Shown here piece after piece: positions 27,801-39,702 of a DNA stretch of 64,000 nt (the first letter of the stretch is position 1; each line of letters opens with the position of its first letter). Source of the DNA: Lingula anatina (lineage: Eukaryota; Animalia; Brachiopoda); NCBI GenBank assembly GCA_051362555.1, contig CM120641.1, forward strand, positions 16,492,001 to 16,556,000, written 5' to 3'. Position numbers and translations under genes: made by a program. The notes below the pieces were generated by a model that was not told the DNA's origin, made no database searches, and was given only the letters and a program-made list of their open reading frames with translations.

Positions 27801-30595
27801 TGCTGGTGGAGGAGACCATAATAAAGCCCAGGAGGATGGGTTTTAGAACTATTATCGTAGGAACTCTGTATAAAGAAGGTGAATAATGCACAGCATGGGC
27901 CCAGTGTTTGAACTGCACAGCCATTCCAGTAGATATTGTTTCTCCACTGCATGGCCAACAGTGTTATATACAGTGTTCCTCACAGAGTGTGTGATGATAA
28001 CTCAGTAACAAATAGATACGTAGCATGATGATGAATTTTACTCCTAGCAACATACTGCACTAGTAGTGCTAGAGACCTTTATAGTTATGGACACTTGACC
28101 CTGTTAGTGTGGCACAGATGACAACTGAAGGACAGCACATCATACCTCACAATTCTCTTGGTTTTACCTTGGAATTATTTGCTGTGCACTAAAACTAATG
28201 TTAGTTTTTTTTTCTAGTTTCTTTTAGGGCAGTTCACACATTGCAGATCAACTATTCTATTTTCAGTGAAGTCACATTAAATTTTACATTTGCAATACTA
28301 ACCCACTGAAGAGTGTTATTTTATCTTTACCAGCACTTGGCAGCTTTAGTCAGTGTGATTATGTTACCATTGTATGATAATATTCACGAATAGTGTGAAA
28401 GCATAATATTCTAAATTACCAGAAGTCGGACAACTGCTGCTTGTTGAACTGCGGATTTTCTGCTAGTTGTTTACATAATGCTACCAAGGAAGAAGGTTAC
28501 AGTTTTGGATCTCCTCATGCTAACTTAAAACAGTATCAACCAAAGATTTGATAAATTGAAAAAAAAAAAGAGAGAAAACATGCAAAGTCTGACTTGTCAC
28601 ATCATCTGAAGCAATTCAACAAAATGGCTTTGTGTGCTGCCTCTGGTAATTTTTGCCCTTTTGCGAAACACTAACATTAATATAGAACTAATACTAACAC
28701 TTGGTTTTTAGAGAGTGGAAGAAGTGAAAAACTTACAAGATGAACTTAACCGACTGCGTGGTTTGGTAGACCCTCTATTAACATCTGGCTCTGAGCCCAA
28801 AGTGTTCGTTAAACCTACGGGGGCTAGTAAAGAGGAGGCGGAAAGCCAGGCCTCATCTGTCAACCGCTGGGGCGTGTATTCTGCGTACAAGTGAGTGATT
28901 CTGTTTTCTTGCTGATAGAATAATTATTTTTTATGATTATGTATGGTGCACATGTTTTTTTTTAATCAGAAAAGTTCACAAACCTTTCACGATGACACAT
29001 GTAAGATATTTTTTTATTATCTTGTAATGTTTACAATTGAAAAAAAAAGTTCTGATGACTTTTGCTGTTTTGATTGAAGGAAACTAAGATGTGTCTTTTG
29101 GACATATTTTATAAGACATTTATTTAAGAGTAAAAATGGTCATATGAACTGTAAAAAAACAGTAATTCTTTAAAGTTATGTGATGTCAGGCAGGCATATT
29201 TAATGAAAATTTCTTTTAAAAAATGTGTGATGCCAGGCAGAAATATTTAATGAAAGTTTCTATAAAAGCTCTCAGCAAATAAAAATGATTTTGATAATCT
29301 CTGTGCCAATGTGCAACTTAACATACAGTGAATGTTTAGCCAAACACAAACATTCCTCTAATGATAGAAACAGTGGGGTTACTCATGACGGATCTAACTG
29401 ATTTGTTCTTCAATATTGGTATTTTGTCAGAATTAATTGATATTGGCAAATGTTAAACTGGGGCATGCTAATCCAATTGTATACTGCAGGTTTTTGTACT
29501 TTAGAGACATTAAAATGTGCTTACGTCATAGACATTGCACAAATTGAAAAGTGGCAATCACAAATGTAAGAAAAATGTTTTTAGATCCTTTTGTTATCTG
29601 CTAAAAAACAAGCAACTATTGGCAACTTTTAACTTAATTGATTTATACAATAAAGACTTGTACTAATTCTTAATTTTCAAGAACCTTTGTGAGAAATATT
29701 TTTAAGTTTGGCATTGAAATATGGTTTATAAAATTCACGTAATACATGTAGCTAAAAAAAGAAGGGGCTGTTATTGCTGATGGTTGTTTTGGGTGTTGAA
29801 ATTTAGGATCATCTTCAAGCAAATGGACCATTTGAACATAAACCATTGTGTGTCAGCTCTCTTCATCACCATACACACCACTTATTTTATGGTGATCTAC
29901 TAACTTATTTATTTCTCACCAAAAACTTTCTTTAACCTTTTTGTTAATTTTTGAATATGTAAGTTATATGTATGTTCATCATTATTGTTTTTGATTATTC
30001 ATTTATGTTGTACATTAATCTTTTTTTTTTAATTTTTTGTTGTTTTATTCTAATTTAAGACTTTTGTGAATTCCACCTGGTTTTATTTTATAGTTATATT
30101 GCTGTATTTGTTTATTTTTGTATTATCTCATGTGATGTCATTATGTGTCTTACTTTCTCTCTTTCTTTCCTGTGTACTCCTGATGTGTCTAGGTGGATGC
30201 AGTGGAAAACCACTCTGTTATATGGCAGGTGGAAAAGAGCATCAGACAGGGACTTATCCAAACCCTTGCCCACAGAAAACAATCCACAACCACAACAAGG
30301 CAAAGAGGGTAGTGAAAATGAGAACAATAACAAAGGAGACCAGTCCCCTCCCTCCTTGTTTAAAGCTCCGTTTGAGGAAGATGATAATAATTCAAGTAGC
30401 CAGAAAGAGCCTGGCACCAATAAAGAGGGTGAACAAGATGGTTCTGCCTCACAACAAAAGACTGACACGTCCCCAGCAGATAGTAGTAATAGTCAGGGTG
30501 TTGACAACACTGGGGCTGATAAGACAGGAAGCAATAATGATAAGACACAGCAGAGTCAACAAGACCCTGCCAAAGACCCAGACCCCCCTTGGTAG
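9864..30595 (+). CDS. CCDC154: CCDC154-like long coiled-coil protein; exons 9864-9919, 11674-12141, 12641-12833, 15813-15991, 16355-16580, 16882-17010, 17950-18074, 18269-18395, 18971-19033, 20037-20102, 20444-20647, 21345-21455, 21718-21816, 22174-22290, 22616-22666, 23295-23435, 24483-24602, 25063-25139, 25412-25517, 26355-26441, 28712-28890, 30193-30595
   Basis: Phase-consistent GT-AG exons encode a heptad-rich E/K/Q/R protein. The C-terminal segment KIATESKL-RVEEV...EPKVFVK...VNRWGVYSAYKWMQWK resembles the C-terminus of vertebrate CCDC154 as I recall it (RVFIK...NCWGVYQAVRWLRWK). Confidence 0.8.
13842..15328. mobile_element. Non-autonomous piggyBac-type element (~1.49 kb) in a CCDC154-like intron
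   Basis: TTAA target duplications at 13838-13841 and 15329-15332. The TIRs are CCCCATAGAGCCTGG and CCCGGCGCTATGGGG (13/15 match). A palindromic subterminal repeat AACCGC(G/A)TAT(A/G)TGCGGTTCCCGGC occurs twice. There is no transposase ORF. Confidence 0.85.
14510..14792. repeat. ~62-bp minisatellite (about 4.5 copies) inside the piggyBac element
   Basis: AAGCAGGAAAAGACAT recurs four times at ~62-64 bp spacing. Confidence 0.85.
26935..27846 (+). CDS. Alternative terminal exon A of the CCDC154-like gene (Pro-rich, then Asp/Glu/Lys-rich, then Gly/Asn-rich disordered tail)
   Basis: Acceptor CCCTAG|AGAGAA is phase 0 after exon 26355-26441. The open frame of ~303 codons begins RETSIGSMEREIDHLK, parallel to RVEEVKNLQDELNRLR of exon 28712. 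Confidence 0.8.
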   Translation, partial: RETSIGSMEREIDHLKAQVYRWSLQETLKDSPQPHIDRVETPPDWNEPLFIPPPPAKDSREGTPEPKHQNSAPQSPVPPSREQPKSVSHTPIQSRQHTPLQPTPPPPKSASHAATPKPPLGDAGSQAAPSPKPAESVAPEEPEKDDDTDDNDGSKSETKPDDENQNKTDGSNEDKTDGVKGESDPEDKDKKDEDKDKDEDNDENDKDEGKDENEPSKDPDSGPDDASGKDDSNLDKDKKEGDDPPLQQGEENKPEEPPTKDGGGGGSRPGSGQGPAEGGDNNNPSGNNNAGGGDHNKAQEDGF

Positions 30596-33077
30596 CAAAA
30601 TCAATTGATTTCATCTGACTAAGTCCACAAACTTGACTTCCATTTCAAATTGTTTCATGTGTGACACGTATCCTAAAGTAACATGCCATGTTTTGTTCTA
30701 ATTGAGACCATGCAGTGAGCTTCCCAAGCGCTAGAAAGTATTGGTGTTATTAAAAGCGCTATGCCCTGTATTTATAACAAAATTGCTTGTGCATAACAAG
30801 TAAGACATTGATATTGCCGTGGTACAGCTTGTCTTATTTATATACTGTATCTGAGTATCTTTGACACTGAAGTCTGTCAAGCTGTGTACATATCAGGCTG
30901 AAAGTGCTGTTAACATATAGTATGTGTACTTACACATAGTGGAGATAATAATGGATTGGGATATGCCAGTCACAACTATGACATTCCTTATTATTTTTAT
31001 CTTTTTTTTCATGTGCCATGGAGATAAACCAAAGAAACAAAATGCACTATTTGAATAATTGACCTTTGACATTTCCTTGTTAATTTAGTTTTTTTTTTTT
31101 TTTTTTTTTACTGAAAAAATAATTACTGCTTCTATAAGTAGAGTAATGTCAATGAACAGAACTAAACTGTTATCATAAACTTAACTTTTGATAAAGTTGT
31201 TTATGGTTGAGAAATCCTTCCAACAATAGACTGTGATGAATTGAAATGGTATTTTTGTCACCATTTAAAAAGTAAGAAATATTACTAATTTGTATATTTG
31301 TAAATATTTGATTCGAAAACCCCATTGGTTTTTGATATGTGGTGCTTTTAGAATTTTGATATCCAGAATGTAATGTTTTTATTTAATTTTTTCTCTATTG
31401 CATTGTGTATGTAAAATTGTATTATTTTTATTCTTTAGTATAAACTCTAGTGATTCCCTTTAGTGAATATAATTTTTATGAAATATAATGAACTTTTATT
31501 TCATTATTCACATTGTTTACATGTATTTCCGTCCATCTATTTTTCTATGCTAATCGTTTTCTAAATTGTGTCAACTGCATTTTGTTGCTTATTTCTTGTC
31601 ATCATTTTTGTTTTGTTTAAAGCTCTTATTCGCTGAATAAACTTTCTCTTATAGTCTCTATTTATTGTTTTGTTTGTATGTGATCATATAGTTGTTTAAA
31701 TTTTCTACACTAGATCAAACAATGAAAATTCTTTAAAATAATATTCAACAAGAGAATACATTCGGATGATTTTTTAAAAATAATTATTGACAAAATTAAA
31801 AATTTAGATTTTCCAAAATTGGTATCATAACGTAAAGGGGATGAGGGATAAAACGGGGATCACACAGTAGATTCCTATCTTGGAAGGAGACTGCGATGTA
31901 TTTTGTTTGGGCAGAATCGAATCCCATGATTAATGTAGGAAATTACTTTAGGTACACTTTGGATTTGGATGAATGGGGAAGTATCAAAAACGTCAAAATA
32001 TATCGCAGAAAGAGCATGCAATATAATTTGTTTGGTCGGAATGGGATACCATAATAAATATAGGAAATTGATGTACATTGCTTTGGATGAATGGGGAAGT
32101 ACCGAAAACGTCTAAATCTTTTAATGGATCATTTTGCACCAAGCACTCACCCCATTGAGACCATCTCAGTGGCAAATTAACTTTAATAGGGACTTTCAAA
32201 ATACCAATCAGATCCGAATATTTTGGTCATTTAAATTACCTACAATTTATATTTTGTTGTAAAATAAACCTGACTGGGAGATGTTGTTTTATAAAATATT
32301 GTGGTAAAAATGCTAATAAAAATATTTATTCATAGAGGGTAATCTGTTAAAGGGTAGCTACTCTTACCCAGTTTGAGTAAAAAATTGAAATTATATTTAT
32401 TAAATGCTTTATGATTTAAAACGAATTTGATATAGTTGAAATGATCTGAACCACAGAAGACAATATCAGATCATGAAAAATGTTGGTTTTCAATGTAGAG
32501 TTCAAGGTGCCAAAGTATTTTGCTTTAAGTGTTGATTTTAAAGTTAAAATCGCAACTTTTAAATAAAAATCAATATTTATTCGCACCATCTTAATTATCA
32601 AGTAAGTACTCTGTACAAAATCTAGGCACTCTTTTGCTCATATCCATAAACCGAATTTCTCGACAAGGGAAAATCACTTTCACTTCCCGTTTAAAATGTT
32701 AGCGCTGGAGGAGTTATTTAGACAATATAGCTCCGAATTACCCTCACATAAGAAATAGGTATTGAATCATGCAAGGTTGTGATAGAAACAGCAAGTCATG
32801 CCATTTACAAAAAGCAATATTTTTATAGGAACAAGTGTGACAACATAGAGGATAGGAAAATACCTTATCTTCATACGTGAAGATAAGTTATATTTGCTCT
32901 CGTTCAACCGTCAAAATTAGTGCTAGGTTTGCAAAAGTGATATACATATGTAATATAGATAGATAGATACATCATCTTAGATAGATAGATAGAATTACCG
33001 TTGTAGATACATTTGAGGCAGATGAATTCATCAAAAATAAACCTTAATGTTACAAATATAATTTTTATTTAACATAG

Positions 33078-34620
33078 GTGGAACAAAATCAAAAACAAGA
33101 TGAAAGGCAAGAAAAAGGCGAGCAAGAAGGAGGCCCGCTCACCTTCGCCGTCAGAGAGCACTACTGTGCCAGTAGATGTTGCGGACGTGGCAGCAGCGGG
33201 TATCGCTGAAGCCGGAGCAAGACGACAAGCCCCGCCCTCAGATGATGAAACTGTATCAGCACCACCCAAAAAGAAAAACAACAAAAAAGCGGAAAATGAG
33301 TCTGAACCAGAAACTGAAGTAACTGAGCCAAAAAAGAACAAGAAAAAGGCAAAAGAACCACCACCAGAAGATTCAGAAGAAGAGACAACTGCCCCAACCA
33401 AAAATAAATCCGATACAAAACCGCCTCCAAAGAAAAAACAACCTCCAGCCGAGTCAGAAGACGAATCAGAAGCCCCACCTCCGAAGAAAAAACAGCCACC
33501 ACCTGATTCAGAAGATGAAGATGACGAATCAGAAGCTCCACCCCCTAAAAAGAAACAACCACCTCCCGAATCAGATGACGAAACAGAAGCACCACCACCA
33601 AAGAAAAAAGGACAAAAGCCTCCACCCGATTCAGAAGACGATGACGAGACAGAAGCGCCTCCTCCTAAGAAGAGCCAAAAACCACCACCCGATTCGGAGG
33701 ACGACGAGTCAGAAGCACCACCGCCAAAGAAAAAACAGCCACCACCCGATTCAGAAGACGATGACGAGACAGAAGCGCCTCCTCCTAAGAAGAAGAGTCA
33801 AAAACCACCACCCGATTCAGAAGATGACGAATCAGAAGCTCCACCCCCTAAAAAGAAACAACCACCTCCCGACTCAGATGACGAAACAGAAGCCCCGCCC
33901 CCAAAGAAAAAAGGGCAAAAACCTCCACCAGATTCAGAAGACGACGACGAAACAGAGGTCCCTCCTCCAAAGAAGAATCAAAAACCACCGCCTGATTCAG
34001 AAGATGACGAGTCAGAAGCACCACCTCCGAAGAAGAAACAACCGCCTCCGGAAGATTCCGAAGAGGATTCAGAAGACGAAGCCCCTCCTCCAAAAAAACA
34101 ACCGGATAATAAAAAGAAACCTCCACCTCCGGCGGATGATGATGAAACTGAATCGGAGGATGAACCCCCTCCACCCAAAAAACAACCGGATAAAAAGAAA
34201 CCTCCACCTCCGGCAGATGATGACGAAACTGAATCGGAGGATGAACCCCCTCCACCTAAAAAACAACCGGACAATAAAAAGAAACCCCCACCTCCGGCGG
34301 ATGATGATGATGAAACTGAATCGGAGGATGAACCCCCTCCACCCAAAAAACAACCAGATAAAAAGAAACCTCCTCCTCCGGCAGATGATGACGAAACTGA
34401 ATCGGAGGATGAACCTCCTCCACCTAAAAAACAACCGGATAAAAAGAAACCCCCACCTCCGGCGGATGACGACGAAACTGAATCGGAAGATGAACCCCCT
34501 CCCCCAAAGAGTAAAGGTAAACCGCCTCCTAAGAAACCCCCGCCGCCTGATGATGATGATGATGACAGTGAAGATGACGATGATCCTCCACCTAGGAAAC
34601 CACCTGCAAAGAGGCGATGA
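33078..34620 (+). CDS. Pro/Lys/acidic tandem-repeat ORF (PPPKKKQPPPDSEDDESEA-type units); probable third alternative terminal exon of the CCDC154-like gene, or a separate gene starting at ATG 33100
   Basis: Stop-free 506-aa ORF whose repeat units differ at synonymous positions. The acceptor ACATAG|G TGG AAC at 33078 is in frame and has the same phase and first Trp codon as exon 30193 (AG|G TGG ATG). Confidence 0.75.
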
Positions 34621-35080
34621 GTAAGTACATGCACCACTAAAACGAACATAAACACCTTTTTGGCATAATTTGTTTAATTTTTTTGTTTGTTCGCATTGTG
34701 TAATCTTTCTTTGGATTTGTAAAAATCACAATGTTGTAATGAAAGGAACATTTTGGTTTTACCATAATATTTTGTATATTTTAACGAAAAATGTTCAAAT
34801 CCACCTTAGAATTTACATTGAGCGCAGAAACAAACTGGATATTTTTACACTGAAAAGATTGCGGTACACTGAGGTTGCTCGTCAAAATTTGAAACAGCGG
34901 GAGATAATCTGTCCTGCCTATAGAAAAAGGGAAATGACTAATTTCCATTAGGGTAGTTTTATTAAATAGCTTTATTATTATTAAGGACTTAAATACATAA
35001 CCACAAGTAATGAGTGGATCACGTAATGTAAAATAATTAAAATTAAACCGGCACATAAAAGTCAATTTATACCTTTAAAA

Positions 35081-38000
35081 CTATAAGACAAACAATACAT
35101 CAAACTCACGCCACACTGGCGGTGGTCCAGTTTCATTACAGTGGGTTGACACACGTACCCAAAGAACATGCTGAGCCGTGTCGTAAGAAAACGCGCACTT
35201 CGGATCTTTATCTACATCTGTATTAACGAGCATGTCCCAGTTTTTTACATGAACAAAGGTATCTGTACCTTCACCGGTTACCATTGCCGACTGAGCATTA
35301 ACTGCTATTTGTAATATCATTAAACGCCCTACTGTGTCTGTAATGTGCACACGTGCACTTACTCTGGTTTTGTTGAAAGGATCACTGGTTGGAACCATCG
35401 AGACCAAAGACTGGTCCCACAGTTCTCCACTGGCCGCATACGTCGAGTTTGGCCACACCCACCAGTGTAGGGGGTTGATACTGTTTGGCGGGGATGTCAA
35501 TGATACTGCGTGGTTTTCTAGTGTCATCACAGACGGATCCAATGTTGGAATAGCAGATCCTAAATATAAAATCGTACAAAGTATAACAGCATGATTAAGC
35601 GCAATACATTCAAAAGAATGGAAATGACCTTACAGGATTCACCAATGTATCTGTACTGTCCAGTATATGTTTGAATAAGTTAAAAGAGGATTAGGTCTTT
35701 TTCTGCTGTTATTCAAACAACTGTTCTGTGCAGTTAAATGCGTTTAAGATCTTGGTTCTTACTAGCATACAGTAGGAATATGCAAGTGGGTTTCACATCT
35801 GTTAGAAAACATAAGGAAACAAAATTAAACTCAATAACTACAGAAAACCATACCTGCTTTAACGAAAAGAGGTATTGTTTCCAAGGGAGCGCTCACTAAC
35901 TTGGTTTGACCACAATCTAGGAATGGCCCTGTACCGATACGGAAACGTCCATTTGTTGCATTGTCATATACTGCATAATTAAAATCTATCCACTCAGTCT
36001 TAGACATCCCTATAGGCGGTTCTCTTGGAAGATAAACGATTTGCGAAATGGCTCGTTCTTTCAGAACGGGGGCCACAAGAAAAGCGTCACCAAACATAAA
36101 CTGTTCATCATGACTGATGGCAACTGGATCATTCGGAAAACTGAGAATGTGGTGCCTCATGATTGGTATGCCACCATCTTGAACAAAGTGTGCCTCTTTG
36201 TAGATATAGGGGAAAAGAGCCATTCTAAGTTTACTCTGCTTTCTCCAGGCAAATTCTCCCTCGGGCCAATCGAAGATTTGAGTTTTAGGTTTTCCAGAGA
36301 GTGAACTCCCCCCTTGCTGGGAGCGCATTAGACCAGAGAACGTTCCCACCTGTGTCCACCTTATCCAGAGCTCCATGCTTGGGGGATCTATCCAGACAAA
36401 GCCTCCAATGTCTGAGCCAATGTAGGGTATGCCTGATAGGCTCCCACTCAACATGGCGTGCACCTGGGCAGGTAGACCTGAGTCTTGGGACCAGTCACAC
36501 ATTGGGTCTCCAGTCCAGTGGGCCCAGGTTGCGGCACCAGAACCAAGGTAACCTGAACGAAAAAATGGTGTATACGGCGGTGCGTAGTAACCTGGTGGCA
36601 AAGCACGAAAGTTTGACTCATTTGATAAGCGGCTGAGGATTGTTTTGACAGCAGTCTGGTAAAGGACTGGGTACAGATTGTGCATTTCTCTTCCTGTCAT
36701 GCCATTGCTAAAACTACATTCTGGATCAACATTTTCTCCATAGTCTACCATAAATCCCACAAACCCTAAATTTAGAGCCACCTGTAACTGTTTTCCGAAC
36801 CAGTCGACAGCCCCAGGTGCTGTGAAATCCAACAGCCCAACTTTTAGAACACGTGTAGTCTTTGTCTTAAAGGTAAAGGTGTACGTATTGTTCCTAAATT
36901 TAACTAAATAGTTGTTAGCAACTGCTTCGTTGTATAATGGACTGTAGTCAGTGACCAACATACTATTGTAGTAAGCCAGGGCATAGATGCCAAGATCACG
37001 AAGAGCTTTGTTGGTAGCAAGAATTTCACTTTCATGTCCTCGTTGTTCCCCAAGAGGAAAGAACCGGATTTCGTCGTATTCGATTGTAAACGGGATGTCG
37101 CGCAATCTTAGGATCTCTGCCGCTCTTATCGTCCTGTTTGGTCCAGATATACGCAGTGCATCAGCAGCTGTTAACCACGGGCCAAACTGAAAGGGCGGCG
37201 GAACAGGTGCCCGCCCTGCAAAATAAGAGTGGATGGACAGAATATCGCTGGGTCTGCCTATATATATTGTAAGGTCAAAGACCGTATTTTCAACATTGAT
37301 GAGGTAATCATTTCTGTGGGTCTCGCACATGTCCCAAGTTGATCTGAACGTAGTATTGAGGTACATGCCATATCCGTAAGCTGATATGAAAAACGGCATG
37401 GGAGCATATGTTTCTGTTGGATTGAGCGTGGGTAGGCGCTCTTTTGGAGCAACACGAAGACTCCAGCCCCCGTCCTCTGCCCATGAGTACAGCGATTTTC
37501 CTCTTTGGTTCACAGCATTATAACGCACACCAAAACCGTAGAAACCCTCGTTTTTATCCCGGGCTTGAAACCCCAGATCTATGCGAAGTTGGCCGGTAAG
37601 TTCGCACGTAGACATGAACGTTTCCTCCAAATTTTGCTTTGGATTCGGTATGAATTCCAAAATAAGTTGTCCAGCTTTGTCAACAGCGCCTACACACAAC
37701 TGACATTGTACTGTCCTGGTGCTGTTCTTTTGACAGAATTTCACCTGTTCACATATGTCCTCTGCTGTTCGATTTTTCAGCAGTAAGTCGTAAACGATAT
37801 CTCCAGCTGCTTTTGCGTCGTCAAGGCATGCTGGGTTCCTTGGTTCTGGAACTATCCGAGAACCATCTTTTTCGAAGAGTTCCACTTTCAGACCAATTTG
37901 AGATAGAGTGAAGTTACCAACTGTGACATGGAATATGTAGCCCTTGATTGAATTGGAGCTGATTTTCATTGTAACTTGGGTTTTGTCCTGTGACAATGTC

Positions 38001-38706
38001 CAAGACAAAAGTTCCTGGGCGACAAACCTTCCTATTTCTTGGGTCAGTCGCCACGAATATCCATTATATATCCGAATATCAATGCCCGTCCAAGTGGTCA
38101 CTCCTAAAACTCCCCAATGCTGATCCACACTTGTCAGTATTCTTTGTGAATTGTTATCCAGCGTCATTTGCCATGTGTGTATGTTGAATACCAATTTCAT
38201 AGGCCCTCCTGTGATAACAATTTGGTCATCATTCTTGCTACACGACAGAGGCTGGTAAGGACGGCCGTAACTTTGACCGCCAAAGGATAATAAGAGAATA
38301 AAAATCATCTGAAAATGAATAAGGAGAGAAAATCCATGAAATGATGTTTACTTCAGATGGAAAAAAATATTTATTTAGAATCTAGAAACCTGATGAGTGT
38401 AAGGAGTTATTATAATCCCCTGGATTGATTTTTGAACTTAGTCAGAAAAAGTCTAATAAATATGCCGATTTGAGAATAAAAAAATATACGTGAGACTGGC
38501 AGTAGTTGCAACCTTCGTAATTTTGTTGTGAAAAGAATTAATGGTAAAATCTCTAATCCCCCCCCCTCCCACTCACACACACCAACGCCACCACCACCGC
38601 TACCGCCACCACCCCTGGGCAACCCTAAAACCTTAATAGCCGTTATCATATTAGGGTTACTCTGAATCCTTACCAGTTCTACAGCGGTCGCCATTGCTTT
38701 TGCCAT
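35081..38706 (-). CDS. Secreted glycoside hydrolase family 31, copy 1, with inserted swaposin domain; exons 38706-38674, 38308-35854, 35559-35081
   Basis: GH31 motifs: FYGFGVRYNAVNQRG, YAPMPFFIS, nucleophile GFMVDYGE (Asp at 36743-36745), MHNLYP, FFRSGY, acid/base HWTGD (Asp at 36506-36508), GSDIGGF, ELWIRWTQ, QFMFGDAFLVAPV, IPLFVKAG. The N-terminus MAKAMATAVEL|MIFILLLSFGG is hydrophobic. The first exon is the least certain. Confidence 0.92.
37604..37828 (-). other. Circularly permuted saposin-B (swaposin) domain inside GH31 copy 1
   Basis: CLDDAKAAGDIVYDLLLKNRTAEDICEQVKFC (saposin C-terminal half, SapB_2 pattern) precedes CQLCVGAVDKAGQLILEFIPNPKQNLEETFMSTC (N-terminal half, SapB_1 pattern); six Cys in total. 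Confidence 0.8.
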
Positions 38707-39702
38707 CTTCGCACTGTAGAAGGACAATGAAGGACAATGAAGTGTCTGTAATGTTATTAAGAGACAACTAATTGTGTCGTGGTACAGACTACTTTCTGAC
38801 CTCTGATTTGATGGTATTCTACGCCGTATCTTTGACCTTACACGGAGATGATATTTACACGTTGCATGGCAGTTGTACCTTGGGACTTTCAATGAGGTTG
38901 TATCGCAAGGTAAGTCCGTCGTACATCAGTCTGAACAAAGTGCATTTCGGAAAGAAGGAAAATGAGAATTAGGCAATTACAGCCTCGTGCGTGGACAATT
39001 CAGTCTTATTGTCATCTCTGTTGGACAGTTATATCTAATAAATGGAATACGGTTCATCGACTGTTGCAGTATTTGCCTCTATTGGTTGAGGTGACACAGC
39101 AGATACAGCTTGTGGTATAGATACAATATCGTTATCAGCCACAGGTAAACATACAGATTTGAGGCACGAAGCCCATGTCAGACCTAAATTAAGAAGGGCT
39201 AGAACATACTTTTGTGTTGATTTCAAAACGGAAAACTCTAAAAAATTGAAAGTTCTTTGAAGTCTATATTTAAATTCGAATTTCGTGTTTTAGCAGAATT
39301 AGAAATAGAGCATTATGCATATAGGACTAGGTTATATTCTTTGGTTGTTAAAGGGCTTAATACTTCTGCTAGTGTTAATTTCAGTTGATTAAGGAAATTG
39401 TATTCTATTAGTGACCTGTATGCATATTTATTCTAATTTAGATCTTTAAATGTGAAGTATAGTCTACCACTGCGACAAAAAAGCAAAACATATTTAAATT
39501 ACTGATATTTATTTTCACGTATATTCTCAAACATTATATAGAGATATTGGGTACATACACACTTCTTTGCTGTCAAAAAACATTTCCTCTCTACAATCTA
39601 TAATTTAACATCAAAAACATTATCTCTTTAATCATTATAGAACATTCTGGGAATTATCAAATGTCTTTAAATCTGCCATCACCCACGAGCATTACAAGAT
39701 TT

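Noticed and set aside
33069-34655. Long antisense and alternate-frame ORFs over the repeat exon (also 27292-27924 and 27476-27886)
   Set aside because: These are shadow ORFs of low-complexity coding repeats, with no independent signals.
35081-35542. ORFs 35081-35542 and 39703-40233 as separate small genes
   Set aside because: They are the last exons of the GH31 genes, joined in frame by phase-1 introns (FVKAG/FVRAG to SAIPTLDPS/SAVPTLDPS).
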